Positions 11,341 through 25,733 of a stretch of DNA of 64,000 bases are shown piece by piece (within the stretch, counting starts at the first letter, position 1; each line of letters starts with the position of its first letter). Source of the DNA: Ostrea edulis (taxonomy: Eukaryota); the NCBI RefSeq assembly GCF_947568905.1, contig NC_079170.1, positions 1,798,001 through 1,862,000 on the forward strand, read 5' to 3'. The position numbers were made by a program, and so were the translations under genes. The notes beneath the pieces are model-generated. The model was not told where the DNA came from. It saw only the letters and a program-made list of their open reading frames with translations, and did not search any database.

Positions 11341-12372
11341 AGGTTTTTCAAAGACTTATGTCTATATTATAATGGATTATAACTAACAATTTCCATTTCT
11401 TTATTTCTTAATTTGCCCTTTCTACAGATATTCTGCTTTTGGCCTTTGTATAGCAAAATTGTATTCTCTTTTTTGAGATGGGGTAAGAATGAATGGGGTA
11501 CCATGTGCTAATTCTTCTGGAAGGTTTTCAACTATATTAAATCCTTCTTCCGTCAGGATCAAATCAACAGCTTATAAATTCTTACAGATATCACAAAAAT
11601 GCTTAATTAGATTGTGATAACGATCATAAAATTAACAAAATGCCGACTTTAAACGAGACTGTTTAAACTTCTGGAAGGTTACATGCTAGTTATCTGTAGC
11701 AGTCTGCCTCGGCATAAAACAACTTGAAATAAATGCATCTTCAATCCCTGACTCCACTGTATAGTGCAAACAGTACACTACAACATTGTTATAAATAAAC
11801 AAGTATGTGCGCACGTGTGCTTGTCTTCGCCTTTCCAATTGTGGGGGTATCTAAACCAGAAAACAAAAACTCTCTAGATAATGTTCAACTTAACCTTTAT
11901 TTACAACAGCATATTCAGTATGTTAGGTACAGATGATTAGATTTATATACAATGACAGATCGATTTGTTATTCAAAGCATACTTAAAGTCATGTGGTCCG
12001 ACTTTCGACAAATTCTGTCCACCTTGTAAAAATACTCTTTGATTATCATGCGCACGTGTCTATTAAGCAGTGCGAAATATTTTACATTATTTCACCTGTT
12101 TTAGCCAGAATAATTTAGTTTGAAATTAATGTTTACAAACAGTGACACTCGGCCATTTCTAACGCATAATCAGACAATAAATCAAGTGGAAGTTGAGATT
12201 GGAGGCCCAGTTCAGACCTCCAGAGGAAAGATCAATGGCAGGTTTACTCGGTGTAAAGCCATGAATTCGGTATTACAGCACGTGTCATAAGTGTTTCACG
12301 TTTTTGTTTAAGAGAAACAAATGTACACCATGTCTCATAGTAATAATTAAAAACATATTTGCTGTTTTATGC

Positions 12373-12490
12373 TAGGCACCTGATACAAACTCTGGTATAT
12401 CCAGGGGTCCGTGTTTGTCCAACTCTCTATGTGTATTACTTATAGGAATTATGAGATTGATCACTAATCGTTATCTTTACCTTTCATTTC
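12373..12490 (+). mobile_element. Solo Naiad-like terminus downstream of B1 (similar pieces ~19103-19216, ~33897-34012, ~40825-40895)
   Basis: aggcacctgat..ccaggggtccgtgtttg..gagattgatcact..ttatcttt/cacctt motif. Confidence 0.65.
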
Positions 12491-13128
12491 AAACCTAAAT
12501 ATGGACAGTTTCGTCAAATCTGCGAGAAATGATATAATGTTTAACAGAGCAGATCAAACGCTTGGAAAACGAAGAAAAATTATCTTGATATGATACATCT
12601 ACATAACCAGACTCTATGCTTCACTACTTGAATCGAATTTCATACACATGCGCAGAAGTCCCCACTACGAGTGGCAAGTTTACGTACATATTCCTACTAT
12701 GTGTATTTTCTAAACCTTCTAACTTTTTTCATTTACATGTAAATATTTTCAACCATTCATTTAGGGAAAGTTAATATCTTTTAAAACTAATTAAGCTGCA
12801 TTAAAAAAATCATTGCAAAAAAAAATCTCAGATGAACATAAGACCACACAGCTATAAATGAGTACAAGAACAAATAAATCCACGAAACATAATAGACAAT
12901 TACGCAATTGCATTGTGATACGAACAATAAAATGAATCATACATATTTCACTGTGACAAAAAAAAAAACCTTATACAACTGTATTGCATTATGATCAAAA
13001 CTAAATTAATGGATCATTATACAATTAAGACAAAAATACAATTAATCTTTCTACAAACGGCAAATCATTTGGCATTGCATTGAGTCGATTCTGTAGATCT
13101 TCTATGTCAACTCATTGAAAGATTTAAT

Positions 13129-15719
13129 TTACGGTGATCGTAAGGCGGCTGCAACATCTTCCCAAAAGCTGTCTAAGTCTTGTACCTGTTGAACCTCTGG
13201 CCATCTTATACTGAATATGCACCACCAGATATACCGCAAGTCTTTCGGCATTCTTTCTATTGGAATGTTGTCCTTGATAATCACTATGATGGATCGTTTT
13301 CGACGGTTATGAAAAGCATGGGTCACCGCCATCTGGACGGCGTACGAATTCCAACCACTGTCTAGGAAATTTTCTGTGATGACAAAGACAACTTTCCGAC
13401 TGTGGTCAATACCCTGCACCAGCTGTTCAGCTTTATTCACTCCAGGAATAAAGTCTTTATCGGGAATGCTAATTTGAAATCCTAAATTTGTCAGCGCTTG
13501 ATACATTGTTGTGCAAACCAACTGGTAATCATCTTCAGAGTACGATATGAAAGCATCAAACTGGAAGGTGTTACTCTCATCTGAACGTACCACACCTTTC
13601 CATCTGTTACGCAGACGTAAAACGACATAGTCAACATGCACACGATATCTCTTGATAGCAATTCTAATCACCAGTCCAATTATTATAAAAAACAACATCA
13701 AGGAAGAAGTAATCAACCACACCCCAGTTTGACATTTCTTTTCGAAAATAGCAAATTGTTTTACTTGAAGGAGTTCTGAAAAATTCGAAGATTTTTCGAT
13801 GCAATCGGTTTTGTTAAGATCCGCAAAGAGATGCTGATGATTCTTCATCCAACGAAGCATAGAAATATGACTACAGTCACAATCTAAAATGTTTCCTTGG
13901 ATGAAAATGTTTACTCTTTTAAGACTTCGAAGTACACGAAAGTCGGATGTTTCTAATGACTTGATTTTGTTATTTTGAATGTATAATTCTTTGAGGTTTC
14001 GTAAATGTGTCACTGCTTTGGGAATGGATGATAAGCAATTGTTATTAAGGTAAAGGAACTTTAACTTTGTTTGTTCTTTGAATAAAGTGGTTGGAAAATG
14101 ATGAATAAAATTATCCTGTAAATCTAAGAGTTCTAAGTTTTTGAGACTGTCGAATAAAGCTCTTTTGCTTGATTCGGCTATAAAACCGAATTTCATTTTT
14201 GACGCTCGCAAAACCTTTAATTTGTTTAAGGGTTTAAAAATCTGGGAAGAAATATTGGTGCAGTCATTGTCGGAAATGTTCAAAACTTCTAAGTGGGGAA
14301 AGTCCATTTGCCAAATCATACTACAAGGAAAACTTGTTCCATACAGGTCCAGCTCTTGTAAAACCTCACCTACAATGGTCAACTGAAACTGATAAAGAGC
14401 AGGTACTCTGTGCATATAATTGTTGGAATACCGTATTACTTTCAAAACATTTGAAAGAGTGAACGTAATATTTGACTTCCAAATTGAATAGTCTAGAAAT
14501 GAGCCGCTGGTTATATCACTAATACACACATTTTTGTGATTAACAATGAGATACTGGAGTTTAGGGTAATTTTGCAAGGAATCTATCACAAAGGACGGTT
14601 CAATATACCCAATAGGATTTTGGGAAATGTCCAAATATTCAATGCATCTTCCAAATGTAGATTTAAGTAAATTTACAGATATGCTTGTAATCAAGTTTTT
14701 ACTAAGATCGATAAACTTGACACACACGTTAAAGAGATATATAGAATTACTTTCATTTAATATGAGGTGTTGTCTAACAAGAGCTGGAATATTTGAGGCT
14801 GCGATGATTTTTTCAATCTTTCGATTTTGCAAGCACTTTAACGTTTTTAGCACAGCATTCAAATCGCATAGACCCCCAAAACTTATCGTAGTCCTCTTTA
14901 GAAAAGGAAATGAGCACAGTATATCTTCACTGACATTACATTGTACGTGATGATCAAATTTCATTGTCAGATTATCAATGGGAGATTCCGATAATCCATT
15001 AAACGTGTTGTTGTTTAAGTAAAATCTAGAAATTGGGTAAAATTTAAGTTTCCGTAAATGCTTTAAACTTTGAATGTGCTTCTGAATGTAAATCCTTTAA
15101 ACACGTCGATGTGCAATTCTGTTAAAGACGATAGTCGTGATAGTTCGTTTTCCGGATAGGTATAATTAAAAACGTGACCATAAAATTCATTGCCATGTAT
15201 GTAGAGAATTCTCAATTTCTTCAGATACGAAAATGCCCACTTTCTTGGGGTGTATACTTTCAATTTGCAAAACGAAAGGTCGAGAACGCACAGCCTAGGA
15301 AGACGCCTGAAAGAAAATCTATCTATACATTTTATGGCATTGTTCTTCAAATATAATGCTGAGACATTCCTTAATAAAGTTGTTTTGATGCCTGCAAATG
15401 TTTTTGTTGATATCCAAGTAAACTTATTCCATGAAAGGTCAATTGATACTGTTTCGCCTTTAAACATTGTATTGAAATCAAGAGGAATCCTTCGATAGTT
15501 GAGGTGCCTGCAATTCCACAACCAACCCCGGTTTCCACACTCATCTCTCTGATGTGTAACTTTACAAAGACTTTCTCCTGTTGTAACTGCATCTAAAATA
15601 AAGGTTTTAATGTAATATGAAAAGGATGATGGAATTCAAATTTTCAAATAGAAATGCATACACTTACAATTAACTTGAAGCATCGTAAAGAACAATGTGT
15701 AACAGACGTTCCACTTCAT
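13129..15719 (-). pseudogene. TLR: Toll-like receptor B1, single frameshift
   Basis: Exon 1 15719-15668 (MKWNVCYTLFFTMLQVN, GTAAGT), 75-bp intron, exon 2 from 15592. ORFs 15063-15521 and 13129-14964 join if one base missing at ~15068 is restored (aaacttt vs aaacgttt in B2/B3). LRRs, LRRCT (GNILDCDC), TM and TIR (FDAFISY, PDKDFIPG, FWED) otherwise intact. Could be a sequencing error. Confidence 0.85.
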
Positions 15720-16329
15720 CTCCCAATTCTCTACACATTCACCTTCTATCTCAATTGAAATCGGTCTGGTATCATCAACAATTAAGCAGTGCTAGTTTCC
15801 TTTTTGATTTTAATTAAGGAAATGTGTCTAGCAACAAAACTGAAAAGCATGCATAAGATGTTGACGAATAGTTCTAGCGGGAACATATATAAAAATCAAA
15901 TTAACGTAACAAGTACTAATTGTAGCAGGGAACAATAAAAACACCAAAAGCAAACAAATTTTTTTGCCTTCAAGCAAGTGTTCTGTGTTCTTACAGGTAC
16001 CTCTAAACGAATTTATTAAGAAACAAAAAATGTATAGAAGCTGAAATATCATTAATTGAGAATGTGCATGCACACAAAGGCTTGTTGTGAATTATGACTA
16101 TGTTTATTAATTAAAAATCTTTAGATTTACGTACAGTCTAATCATCAGCATATTTAATCCGATATATAAGGTGACTGTTCGTTGTCTTCATCTCTCATAT
16201 AGAGAATAATTTAGCGATTCCTGTTATTGACTAATGTTATATTATGTATGTCTTTTTTGCTCCTCAACATACAATTTTCGTGTTTTTTTTAAAATAAGTA
16301 TCCCTCTGAACAGCGATGTTATGATCGCA

Positions 16330-17664
16330 ACGATACATTGCCGGATCCAGTAAAAATTCTACCAAGCCCCTATCTTTGCTCCTCGCGAACATATCAACAG
16401 CTGTGAAGGAGAAACCTCAAACGTACTGTGCGACTACTTATGCCAGAAGTGGTGAAAATCAAATGTGCATTCTGAAACATTCTAAATAACTTTTAGGAAA
16501 CTTGAAATCACAAAACTTTTCTTAAATCAACAACACCAAAACGTATGCCTTTTCAACTATTTACACGATCATTCCTCACCATAAATTAAAGTTTAGACTT
16601 ATTGACATCAAAGACTGTTCCTTCTTGAACAAAAATGAAAAACGCAAATATTCCTAACTAGTGATCAATCATCCAAAAAACTACTTTGTTAAACGCCACT
16701 CTGATTTATCTCACAAGCATCCTGAAGCTGAAATACAAAGATGCTGGAGTTCCTCATTGACATTATCTTCGTGGTTTTTGGTGATCAGGTCTTCCAACAG
16801 TCTGTTGGAATACCCATGGGCACGAATTCTGCTTCTGTGCTAGCTGACCTGTTTTGTATTCCTTTGAAGCAGAATTTGATCAAAAACTTCTACACGGGAA
16901 GACAAAATCGACATTTAGATATCGATAATGTATTATCTATTAACAATAATAATTTTCATTCATATGTCAATTCAATGTAAAATGGCTGAAATATTGCCAA
17001 AACGGCGTGAAACCTCGATCAATATATTCAATATATCTCAGTGTACTTGAAATAAAAGAAAACACAGAGTCGTCCGATTTTGCTTCATACGTAGATATTT
17101 TATTGAAAGTCGATCTTAACGGGAAACTAACAACCCAACTGTATGACAATACGGATGATTTCAACTTCTCCATTGTCAACTTCCCATATTTATGTAGCAA
17201 TATTCCATTATCACCTGCATATGGTGTTTACATTTCTCAACTGAAGCAATACGCAATATCTTCTTCTGCATATGGTCAGTTTGTAAATTGAAGCAAGCTA
17301 CTGACAAACAAGTTGATGGTACATGGGTTTCAACAGTATCGATTGAAGTCAGCATTTCGCAAATTCAATGGTCATTATAAGGATATTGTTCGTCAATGCA
17401 ACATATCACTGGGTCAAATGCTGTCTGACGTGTTTCATACCAATTGTTAGACCGTTTTCGGCACACTGAATTTGACTACGGAGAACTCTGTTTACCTTAT
17501 CAGGATATAGGGTTCACGGCGGGTTTGACCGGTCGACAGGGGATGCTTACTCCTCCTAGGCAACTGATCCCACTGCTGATGTGCCCAGGGGTCCGTGTTT
17601 GCCCAACTATACATTTTGTATTGCTTATAAGAGTTTTGAGATTGATCACTGTTCGTTATCTTCA
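16330..17664 (+). mobile_element. 5'-truncated Naiad-like PLE (C-terminal RT plus ~200-nt terminal region)
   Basis: Broken frames give STKPLSLLL, YARSGENQM.ILK, TY.FST.YT.IPH, QQSVGIPMGTN, (Y)IDD-like motif, DDFNFSIVNFPYLCSNIPLSPAYGVYISQL, ending VFHTNC-stop with no endonuclease after it. Confidence 0.75.
16977..17023 (+). mobile_element. Short SINE-like 3' tail inside the Naiad RT (copy 38477-38529 with CAATTC TSD)
   Basis: gtaaaatggctgaaatattgccaaaacggcgt(a/g)aaacc..caat interrupts NFHSYVNSIY coding sequence. Confidence 0.5.
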
Positions 17665-17909
17665 TATTCCAAATAAGATGAAGCTCCACTTAACACTACT
17701 TAGTGACAAATACAGCTTAGGAATTTTTTTTTTTACATTTAATACAATTTGTTTCCAGAGATGTATATTGACAAGAAAAAAGCAAGCCCGGAAAAATTGT
17801 GGTGACCAACTTGAATCAGTAATTTCAATATTTGTAAATAACCTTGTAATCTGAGTGTGCCCCAGATATTGAATTTACTACGATATTCGCCATCATTCTT
17901 TTCTCCGAT

Positions 17910-18348
17910 GTGATCAATCTCATAACAAAATTGAGTGATGGACAAACACAGACCCCTGGATACACCAGGGGTGAGATCAGGTGCCTAGGAGGAGTAGTAA
18001 TCCCACGCCGACCGGTCACACCTGCAGTGAGCCCTATATCTTGATCAGGTAAAGGGACTTATCCGTAGTAAAAATCAGTGTGCCAAGAACGGCTTAACAA
18101 TCGATATGAAACACGTCTGACAGCATTTGACCCAATGATAGGTTGTATTGGTAAACTAGAACGTTATAACGACCATAGAATTTGCGAAATGCTGACTTTA
18201 AACGAGATTGGTTGAAACTCTTGTACCATCAAGTTGTTTGTCAGTGGCTTACCTCGATTGAAAAACTAACCATAGGCAGAGCGAACTCTTGCGTATCGAA
18301 TCAGCTGAGAGAGATAAAACCTCGTAAACACCATATGCAAGTGATAAC
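17910..18348 (-). mobile_element. Naiad-like 3' fragment, tail-to-tail with 16330-17664
   Basis: Terminal motif and RT C-terminus in reverse orientation; absent from the unit II spacer. Confidence 0.7.
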
Positions 18349-20508
18349 GAGATATTACTACATAACTATGGGAAGTTGAGGATGGAGAAGCTGAAATCCT
18401 CCCGTTTATCATAAAATTGAGTTGTTAGTTTGTCGTTAATATCTGCTTTCAATAAAATATATAGGTATGAAGCAGAAGTGGACGAATCTGTGGTATTGTT
18501 TTTTATTTCAAGTTCACAGGGATATATCGAATCGACATATAAATGAAAATTATTACTGTTAATATCGTAAACAAACGAACATAAGATGGAACGGCATATA
18601 CTTTACAAACTCATAACTCCTACAAGCAATACATATACGTCACACACTCAGTATGCAGGACACGTTGACCCGCTAAGAAACATCAAGAGAGCGCACGGAA
18701 AAAAGTAATGACAATTCAGAGAAAAATGGTACTAAATTTCATTTATCGCAAAACACGCACAAGAGCATATTCTGTGAAATACTTGTAGCTTGATATTTCT
18801 ATGTGATAAGAATACTAGTATGTATTACATATCCACTCCTTTCTCCAGTGGATATAACCCATTACATGAACTTTGATTATTACTCTACATTTCCCTACAC
18901 TAGAAAGCAAAACATGAAAATGCAAGGAAGCAAATTTCGCAAAATACAGTGACGTAAATGATTAACCGGGGAGGGGATATTTAACATGTGATAAAAAGAA
19001 TATTTCTTGGTTTGTGCTTTGATATGATTTATATCAAACTCGTTGTATGTTTTCTATTTCCTCGCAAAGGTTTTCGGATAGAAAACACACACCTCGTATA
19101 TATAGGCACCTGATCCCATCTCTGGTGTGGCCAGGGCTCCGTGTTTGACCAACTATCTATTTTGTATTGCTTATAGGAGTTATGAGATTGATCACTGTTC
19201 ATTATCTTCACCTTGCATATAGGTCCAATGTAATAAAAAAAATCGCTGATTGGCCTTATATTACAGGTTTAAAAAATTTAGAAAACGATCCCATGTCAAC
19301 AGTGTGTTGATTGTAAAGAAGACATTAGAACAATAGACTATTGTTCAGAATCTTAATCCGTAATACAATGATTAAATGTTTCAACATTCGTATACATAGC
19401 AAATAAATGTGATCAAAGTTTGCTGCATGTTTGACCCTCCTGTATTCAGATAAATAGAAATGGCGGATACACATTTTGTGGTAGCAAAAGATGAAATTAA
19501 AATAATTCTTCAAAATAGGGACACCAAGACCATAGAAAAAATATGTGTTCATCTTTTTCTAGAATAATTGCATCAAATTATGTTTACTTATTTTCATTTT
19601 ATGCTTGTTAAAACTCTTATACGCCAGTTACATGACTCTTGATCTGCTGCTTTATTTATAAAATGGCGAGGTTTTCTGATTTGACTGATGATGAAACACA
19701 GAACATATTAGATGAAAAGCAGAACTAAACACGTAAATTATAGTTATTAATTAGGATATTAGCAACGTTTCTTTTGACCATATGGATCCGGTGTTGAATG
19801 TATGCACACTGTCCCGTTCAAAGTCAACAAACCATGTGCACCTAGTGAAACCAGCCTAAGTATGAAGGTGTATAACAATACAGTACAATATACTACATCG
19901 ATTAGATTGTTTCCTATATGGGGTATAACAAACAATTGACGACTGGTTCTCGGGCAGCAGATATAGGCCTTCGGTCTTGGGCAACGGTGTGCTTAACGGT
20001 CCGACATATCAACAGTTGCCCTCAACCCCAGTCAACAACTGCATATCGTTATAAGTCCATAAATACACAGACCTACTAGATTCTAACGCAGAGGAAATCA
20101 TAAAGGTGGAATTAAATTGAGGTAATTAATCTAGGCCAAAGAGATGTTACTTTTCGGGATAAGAAAATGGGGTCGTTGGGATTGTAGGAGGATTATTTTT
20201 TACGCTAACACCTCTGTAGATGTATATGTATCTCGATTTTCCGCTATAAGTGCAAGCTGCTTGTTGCGCTTGCTATGATTTCATGGACTCTCCAGACCAC
20301 AGACACAACTTATCAGTTACAGGCATGTCTGAAGGAAGCACATAAGATAGGATTGGGGATTCATGTAGGCAATATTTCTTTTATGATTTCAAAAAAACTC
20401 GGCAGGAGACGTCTCCCTATTCCTACAGAACTGACAGGAGACTTTAGCTAAGTACCTTTAATCGTTTTTTTAAAAAACACAATGCCCAAAATGTATGTCA
20501 AAAAGTAC

Positions 20509-20514
20509 TTTATT
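20509..20514 (-). promoter_or_regulatory. Candidate poly(A) signal of A2 (A3 equivalent 43308-43313)
   Basis: AATAAA ~285 nt after the stop in both copies, followed by T/GT-rich sequence; not tested against transcripts. Confidence 0.4.
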
Positions 20515-20797
20515 AATATGAAATATCATAAAACGAAAAAAATACGACATTGAAAGATAAAAGTGTAAATAACATGTAGATGTAAAATTAGTGAAGTTGA
20601 AACTCGATAAAGGGACTGGAAATTTTTGCATGCATATTATTTTCCAATGAAATAAAAAAAAAATCAACCAAAGTAATAAAAAGTCTACAGTTGTAATATA
20701 TTCCTAAATTGATTACAAATTTCATATATCAGTGAGGTCAAAAGATGCCTCTTTGACATGTGATTGTTAAATGAATTTCAAATGAGCTTTACATATT

Positions 20798-23449
20798 TCA
20801 AACTGAGGCCAAGGTGGTAGCAAGATCTTCCCAGAAACCATCCATTAGTTCTAAAGTATCTGGCCACCTGATGCTCAATATGCACCACCAGATATATTGC
20901 AAGTCTTTTGGCATTCTTTCTATTGGAATGTTGTCCTTGATAATCACTATGATGGATCGTTTTCGGTTGTTATGGAAGGCATGGGTCACCGCCATCTGGA
21001 CGGCATACGAATTCCAGCCACTCTTTAGAAAGTTTTCTGTAATGACCAAAACGACTTTTCGACTGTGGTCAATAGATTGTATCAGCTGGTCAACCTTTGA
21101 CATTCCAGGGATGAAGTCTTTATCAGGTAGGCTTATTTCAAAACCTAAATTTGTCAGGGCTTGATAAAGGGTTGACGTCACCAGCTTGTAGTCATCTTCA
21201 GCGTATGATATGAAGGCATCGAACTCAAAGCTTTTGTTCTTGGGCAAATGTATACCTTTCAATCTGTTACGAATACGCAGAATAATGTAGTCCACATGCA
21301 CGCGGTATCTCTTTATAAGCGCTGATACAATGATTAAGGCATTTATTAAAACTAACATAGAGGAAGAAAAGAGTAACCACATTTGAGATTGGCATTTCTT
21401 CTCAAATTCTGCAAAATTTTCTTCATCGAATAGTTTTGAAATTGTGGATGATTTTTCCATGCATTCAGTTTCATGCAAATCTCCAAAGAGATGCTGATTG
21501 TTTTTCATCCATCGAAGTGAGGAGATGTGTAAACAATCACAATTTAAAGGGTTTCCTTTGATAAAGATCTGCGCTTTTTTGAGATTCTGGAGTGTGTGAA
21601 AATCAGAGGGTTTCAATGACGAAATTTTGTTAGATTGAAGATATAAATGCGTTAGGTTGAGTAAAGGTTCCACTGCAGATGGAATAGACGATAGATAGTT
21701 GTTCTCAAGATAAAGACCGGATAAATGTGTTTGATCTTTCAAAAGAGATGGCGGAAGTTTATGAATGAAAAGCTTTCGCAGGTCTAGCTGACGAAGGTTT
21801 TTCAGACCTCGGAAGATTTTACTCATGTTTAGTCCAGCATTTAAATTCATGTTCGTGTTTGACGCTCCAAATTGTTCCAATTTTGTTGTTTGTTGTAATA
21901 ACTGAAACGAAATATCACTGCAGTTGTTGTCAGAAATATCAAGAATTTGCAACTGGGGGAAATTCATCTGCCTAAGAATTCTAAATGGAAAATTTGTTTG
22001 AGACATATTCAGCACCTTTAACCCTTCGCCTACAAAGTTCAAATAAATCTTATAAGAATCACTGAGAACGTGAATGTGATTGTGAGAAAATAGCAAAGTT
22101 TCTAATTCCTTTGAGAACGTAAATGTAAAAGTCGGTGTCCCGTTCAAATGCGTTTGGACTGAATCATCAGCGATATCCGCCACACACCTTATGTTATTAA
22201 AACTAAGATCTAAGTATTTTAGTTTAGGGTAATTTTGCATCAAATTGAGCACAATAGAGAAATCTATAACTTCAATCCTGTTACGGGAGAAATTAAGATG
22301 TTCAATACATTTTCCCATAGTTGATCCATGTGGTTCTACAGAAATACCTGCGATTCGGTTACTGCTAAAATCTACTTCCTTGACGCAGACACTCAGTAGA
22401 TATTCGCAATTACTTTCATTTAGAATAAAAGGTTGGCGAACAATATATGGAACATTTTCAATAGCATGTATATAGTCTATCCTTCGGTTTTGCAGACACT
22501 TTAAGGTTCTAAGTACTACACTCAAGCCACATATACCTCCAAAGTTCATTTCAACACCCTTTAGATATGGAAAATAACAAAAGAGATATTCACTGACGTC
22601 ACAATGCACGTCGTACACAAATATCATCCTCAAGTTATGGATGGGTGAATCTGATAATCCGCTAAATGTGTTGTTGGTTAAGTGGAACATGGACCCGGTG
22701 GTATAGAATTCCACATCGCTCAATCTTTTTAGACGTTTGAAATCGCTTTTAAAGATAAATCCTTCAAATACATCAATATGAAGCGTTTTCAAAGATAGCA
22801 ATCTTGTTATTTCTCGATCAGGATAACCTTTACGTTTGTTGCGGATTTTGTGAAAGACATTGCCTTGTGCGTATAAAATTTCCAATTTTCCAAGATTTGA
22901 GAATGCACATTCTCTGAGAGAAGCTGTGTGAAGTTTACAGTATGAAACATCCAGAACACACAGTTTATACAGCCATTTAAAAGAAAAGCTCTCTATAATT
23001 TGTAGATCATTATATCTGAAGTATAAAGCTGTTACGTTCCTCAAAAGCCCTTTCTTGACACCTGTGAAAGTAGGTTGGGAAATCGATGTAAACTTATTTC
23101 TGGAGAGGTCAATCGAAAACGTTCTGCCTTCAGTTTTTTCTGTGGTGAAACTAGGAATTCGTTTTAAGTTCAATTGACTACAATTCCATAACCATCCGCT
23201 ATTATTGCATTCATCTGTATGAGGTTGACGTCTACAGTTTGCTTCTTCATTGCTTTCTAAACCTTAAAATATTGAAGATGTTTAGAATGAAGTATAAACA
23301 CCATGCAAACAGGTCTATAAAACAAATGTTAAAATTCAATTATCTCAAAGGACATGAATATTCTGAATTACATATATTAAAATCTTGAAACACTTACTTG
23401 AAATTCGAAAAAGAATTATTAGGCAGCAAGTAAATTGTGTTGTTATCAT
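20798..23449 (-). CDS. TLR: Toll-like receptor A2, intact, single-cysteine-cluster type, ~838 aa, two exons (23449-23398, 23262-20798)
   Basis: The 791-aa ORF starts at a TTG, but the frame is open up to an AG acceptor at 23263-23264; a 52-nt exon with GTAAGT donor gives an in-phase signal peptide. LRRNT (C..C..WLWNC), LxxLxLxxN repeats, LRRCT GNPLNCDC, TM WLLFSSSMLVLINALIIVSALI, TIR box1 FDAFISY, BB loop DFIPG, box3 FWEDL. Confidence 0.95.
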
Positions 23450-25733
23450 GATTCCAAATCCAATTTGAGCATTCTTTCCTAACTGTCACCTTATCTATTT
23501 TGTTTTCAACAAGACAATGGAGGAAGGTATTTAGACAGTTTAGATGACAGGGAAATTAGATTAAGATATTGCAGTGAATCGTGTTCTGATAAGATATCCC
23601 GATATGAAATGGGGAATATAACGAATAGTGATTAATCTCGTATAAGGAACACTCAAAAATAAAATCAAGAGGTTGGAAAACACAGAACCCTGGATATACC
23701 AGATTTGGGGTCATGTGCTTTTGGAGGAGTAAGCACCCCCTGTCGACCGATGACGTCCACCGTGAGCCAAATGTCTTGATCAGATAAACGGAGTAATCCG
23801 TAGTCAAAATGAGTGTGTAAAGAACGGCCTAACAATCGGTTTGAAACTCGTCAGACAGTATTTGACCCAATGATAGTTTGTATTGACAAACTAGATCGTT
23901 CGAAGTATCATACAATTTCCTCTGTTACATGAACTTTTGTGTCAGTAGCCTGCCTCGATTTTTAAAAAAAAACCTCACCATACACAGAACAATCCCTTTC
24001 GTAATGAGTCAGTTGAAAGACATAAACATCATATAATGCGATAATGGGATATATGTCCAAATAAAAGTACCAATATTACATTAAGATTAATTTCATCAAC
24101 TCAACTTCAGTGATTCAAATATCTAAGGTGATATGTCAAACAAATTCATTGCTTTGGAATTAAGGATTATCGGAACTATAAATTTTGGCTCTTCAGAAAG
24201 AAAAAAATACGAAAATTGTACTTTAGTATGGTAACTGTTGTACAAAAATATTAGTGTTGGCTACATGTAAATATGATTCATTGTTAAAAAAATCTGCCTG
24301 CTTTCAAGATTTTTTTAAAATTGTTACACACACATATAATCATATCATATGAGTATAAATTTATTATCCACGTAGCAATAGAGGGTGGGATCGGGGGATG
24401 CTCACCCCCACGTTTTTGGGAATTGAACTTAGCTCAATTTTCAAAGTATTGGGCATAGGGTGTATGATCATATTTAGAGGGCGTTTTGAACGAGCCGCAC
24501 CGCATCTTTACTTTTTTTTCATACATAACGGACATGATAGAAAATCTCCACTCACAGATACAATCCTACACGTGTATTCAAAACTTCATTCCAATAAAAA
24601 AGTATTTGTTTCATCAAGTTTAAACAGCATCACATATAATACAGAAACTTGGATTTATTTTTTTTCCAGATTAGAGTGTATGTATAAATAAAATGATATT
24701 CATCTTTAATCTTCACTGACATGAAACTTCAAACTTGCAGGCTAAACACTATGTCGACGAGTTAATTGCCAGTTAGAGTAGCTGACAGTAATAACATATT
24801 ACATGTACGTAATGTGTCCGAGTCTCTGTATGTATTAGATAAAGAATATGTATAGATTTATTTAATCAATGTTAACTGAACAAAATTTCTTGACAAAAAA
24901 TATTAAAGAAAATAGAGGAAGATTTTTTTTATATAATTATTTTTTTCTTTAAATGTTTGAACAGCTCGACTCCCAGACATAAGTCCGTACTTGGATATGT
25001 ATTTCTGTGTGCAAAGATCAATTTTTTGGTATTTCTATAACAATAGCAATATAATTTTACTTCTAAAACGTAATTTGATTGTCTGAGCACACTGATGAGA
25101 AATAGTTTATATTGTATAATGTCATTTGGTATGCAGACACCCCCCCCCCCCTTTACTACACTAGACGGCACTACTTTTTTTTCTTTTTTTACTTTCCAAC
25201 ACTGTTAAAATCAACAGAATTAAACCGGCACGATAATATGTTTTTTGTTAGGCAATGTTTTTTCATGATTTCAAACAAAACGTATATTTTCTTAAAAGAC
25301 ACTAACTGTAAAAATTCAATACAAACTCCTATACAACGATATCATATGCGAAATAATGATATATCAAATATTTCAAATTTTGCTGTTTCATTATGAAATA
25401 TATTATCACTTGGGGGGAGGGGTGCTTGATCCACCTATCACAAAACAAAAATCTTTCATGTTTTGCAAAATGTATGTCACATCGAATGACATGCATATGG
25501 ATCACTATCTGTGAATTGCTGACATATCGTCCTGTGTCGGGTTTAAATGAAGACAATGTTATATTTTATAAGATATGGAAACTTTTATAGAATCAAAAAT
25601 CGCAAATTATATTGACATTTCTGGTAGCCGTACACAACGTAAGTCTGTGTGATGGTACTTTCAGTCGAAGGGTTTTCAAAGTCAATCTTGCGCTGGGAAC
25701 TAATCATTAGGCCTACAGATATAGCGAAAACAT

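Noticed and set aside
16330-17460. Selenocysteine recoding in the Naiad RT (reported for some clam Naiads)
   Set aside because: Frames are broken by TAA codons and frameshifts as well as TGA; no SECIS could be identified by eye.
19460-19740. Crypton/DUF3504-like N-terminal peptides (MARFSDLTDDETQNILDEKQN; also ~42020-42300)
   Set aside because: Resemblance is short and from memory; no recombinase domain follows.
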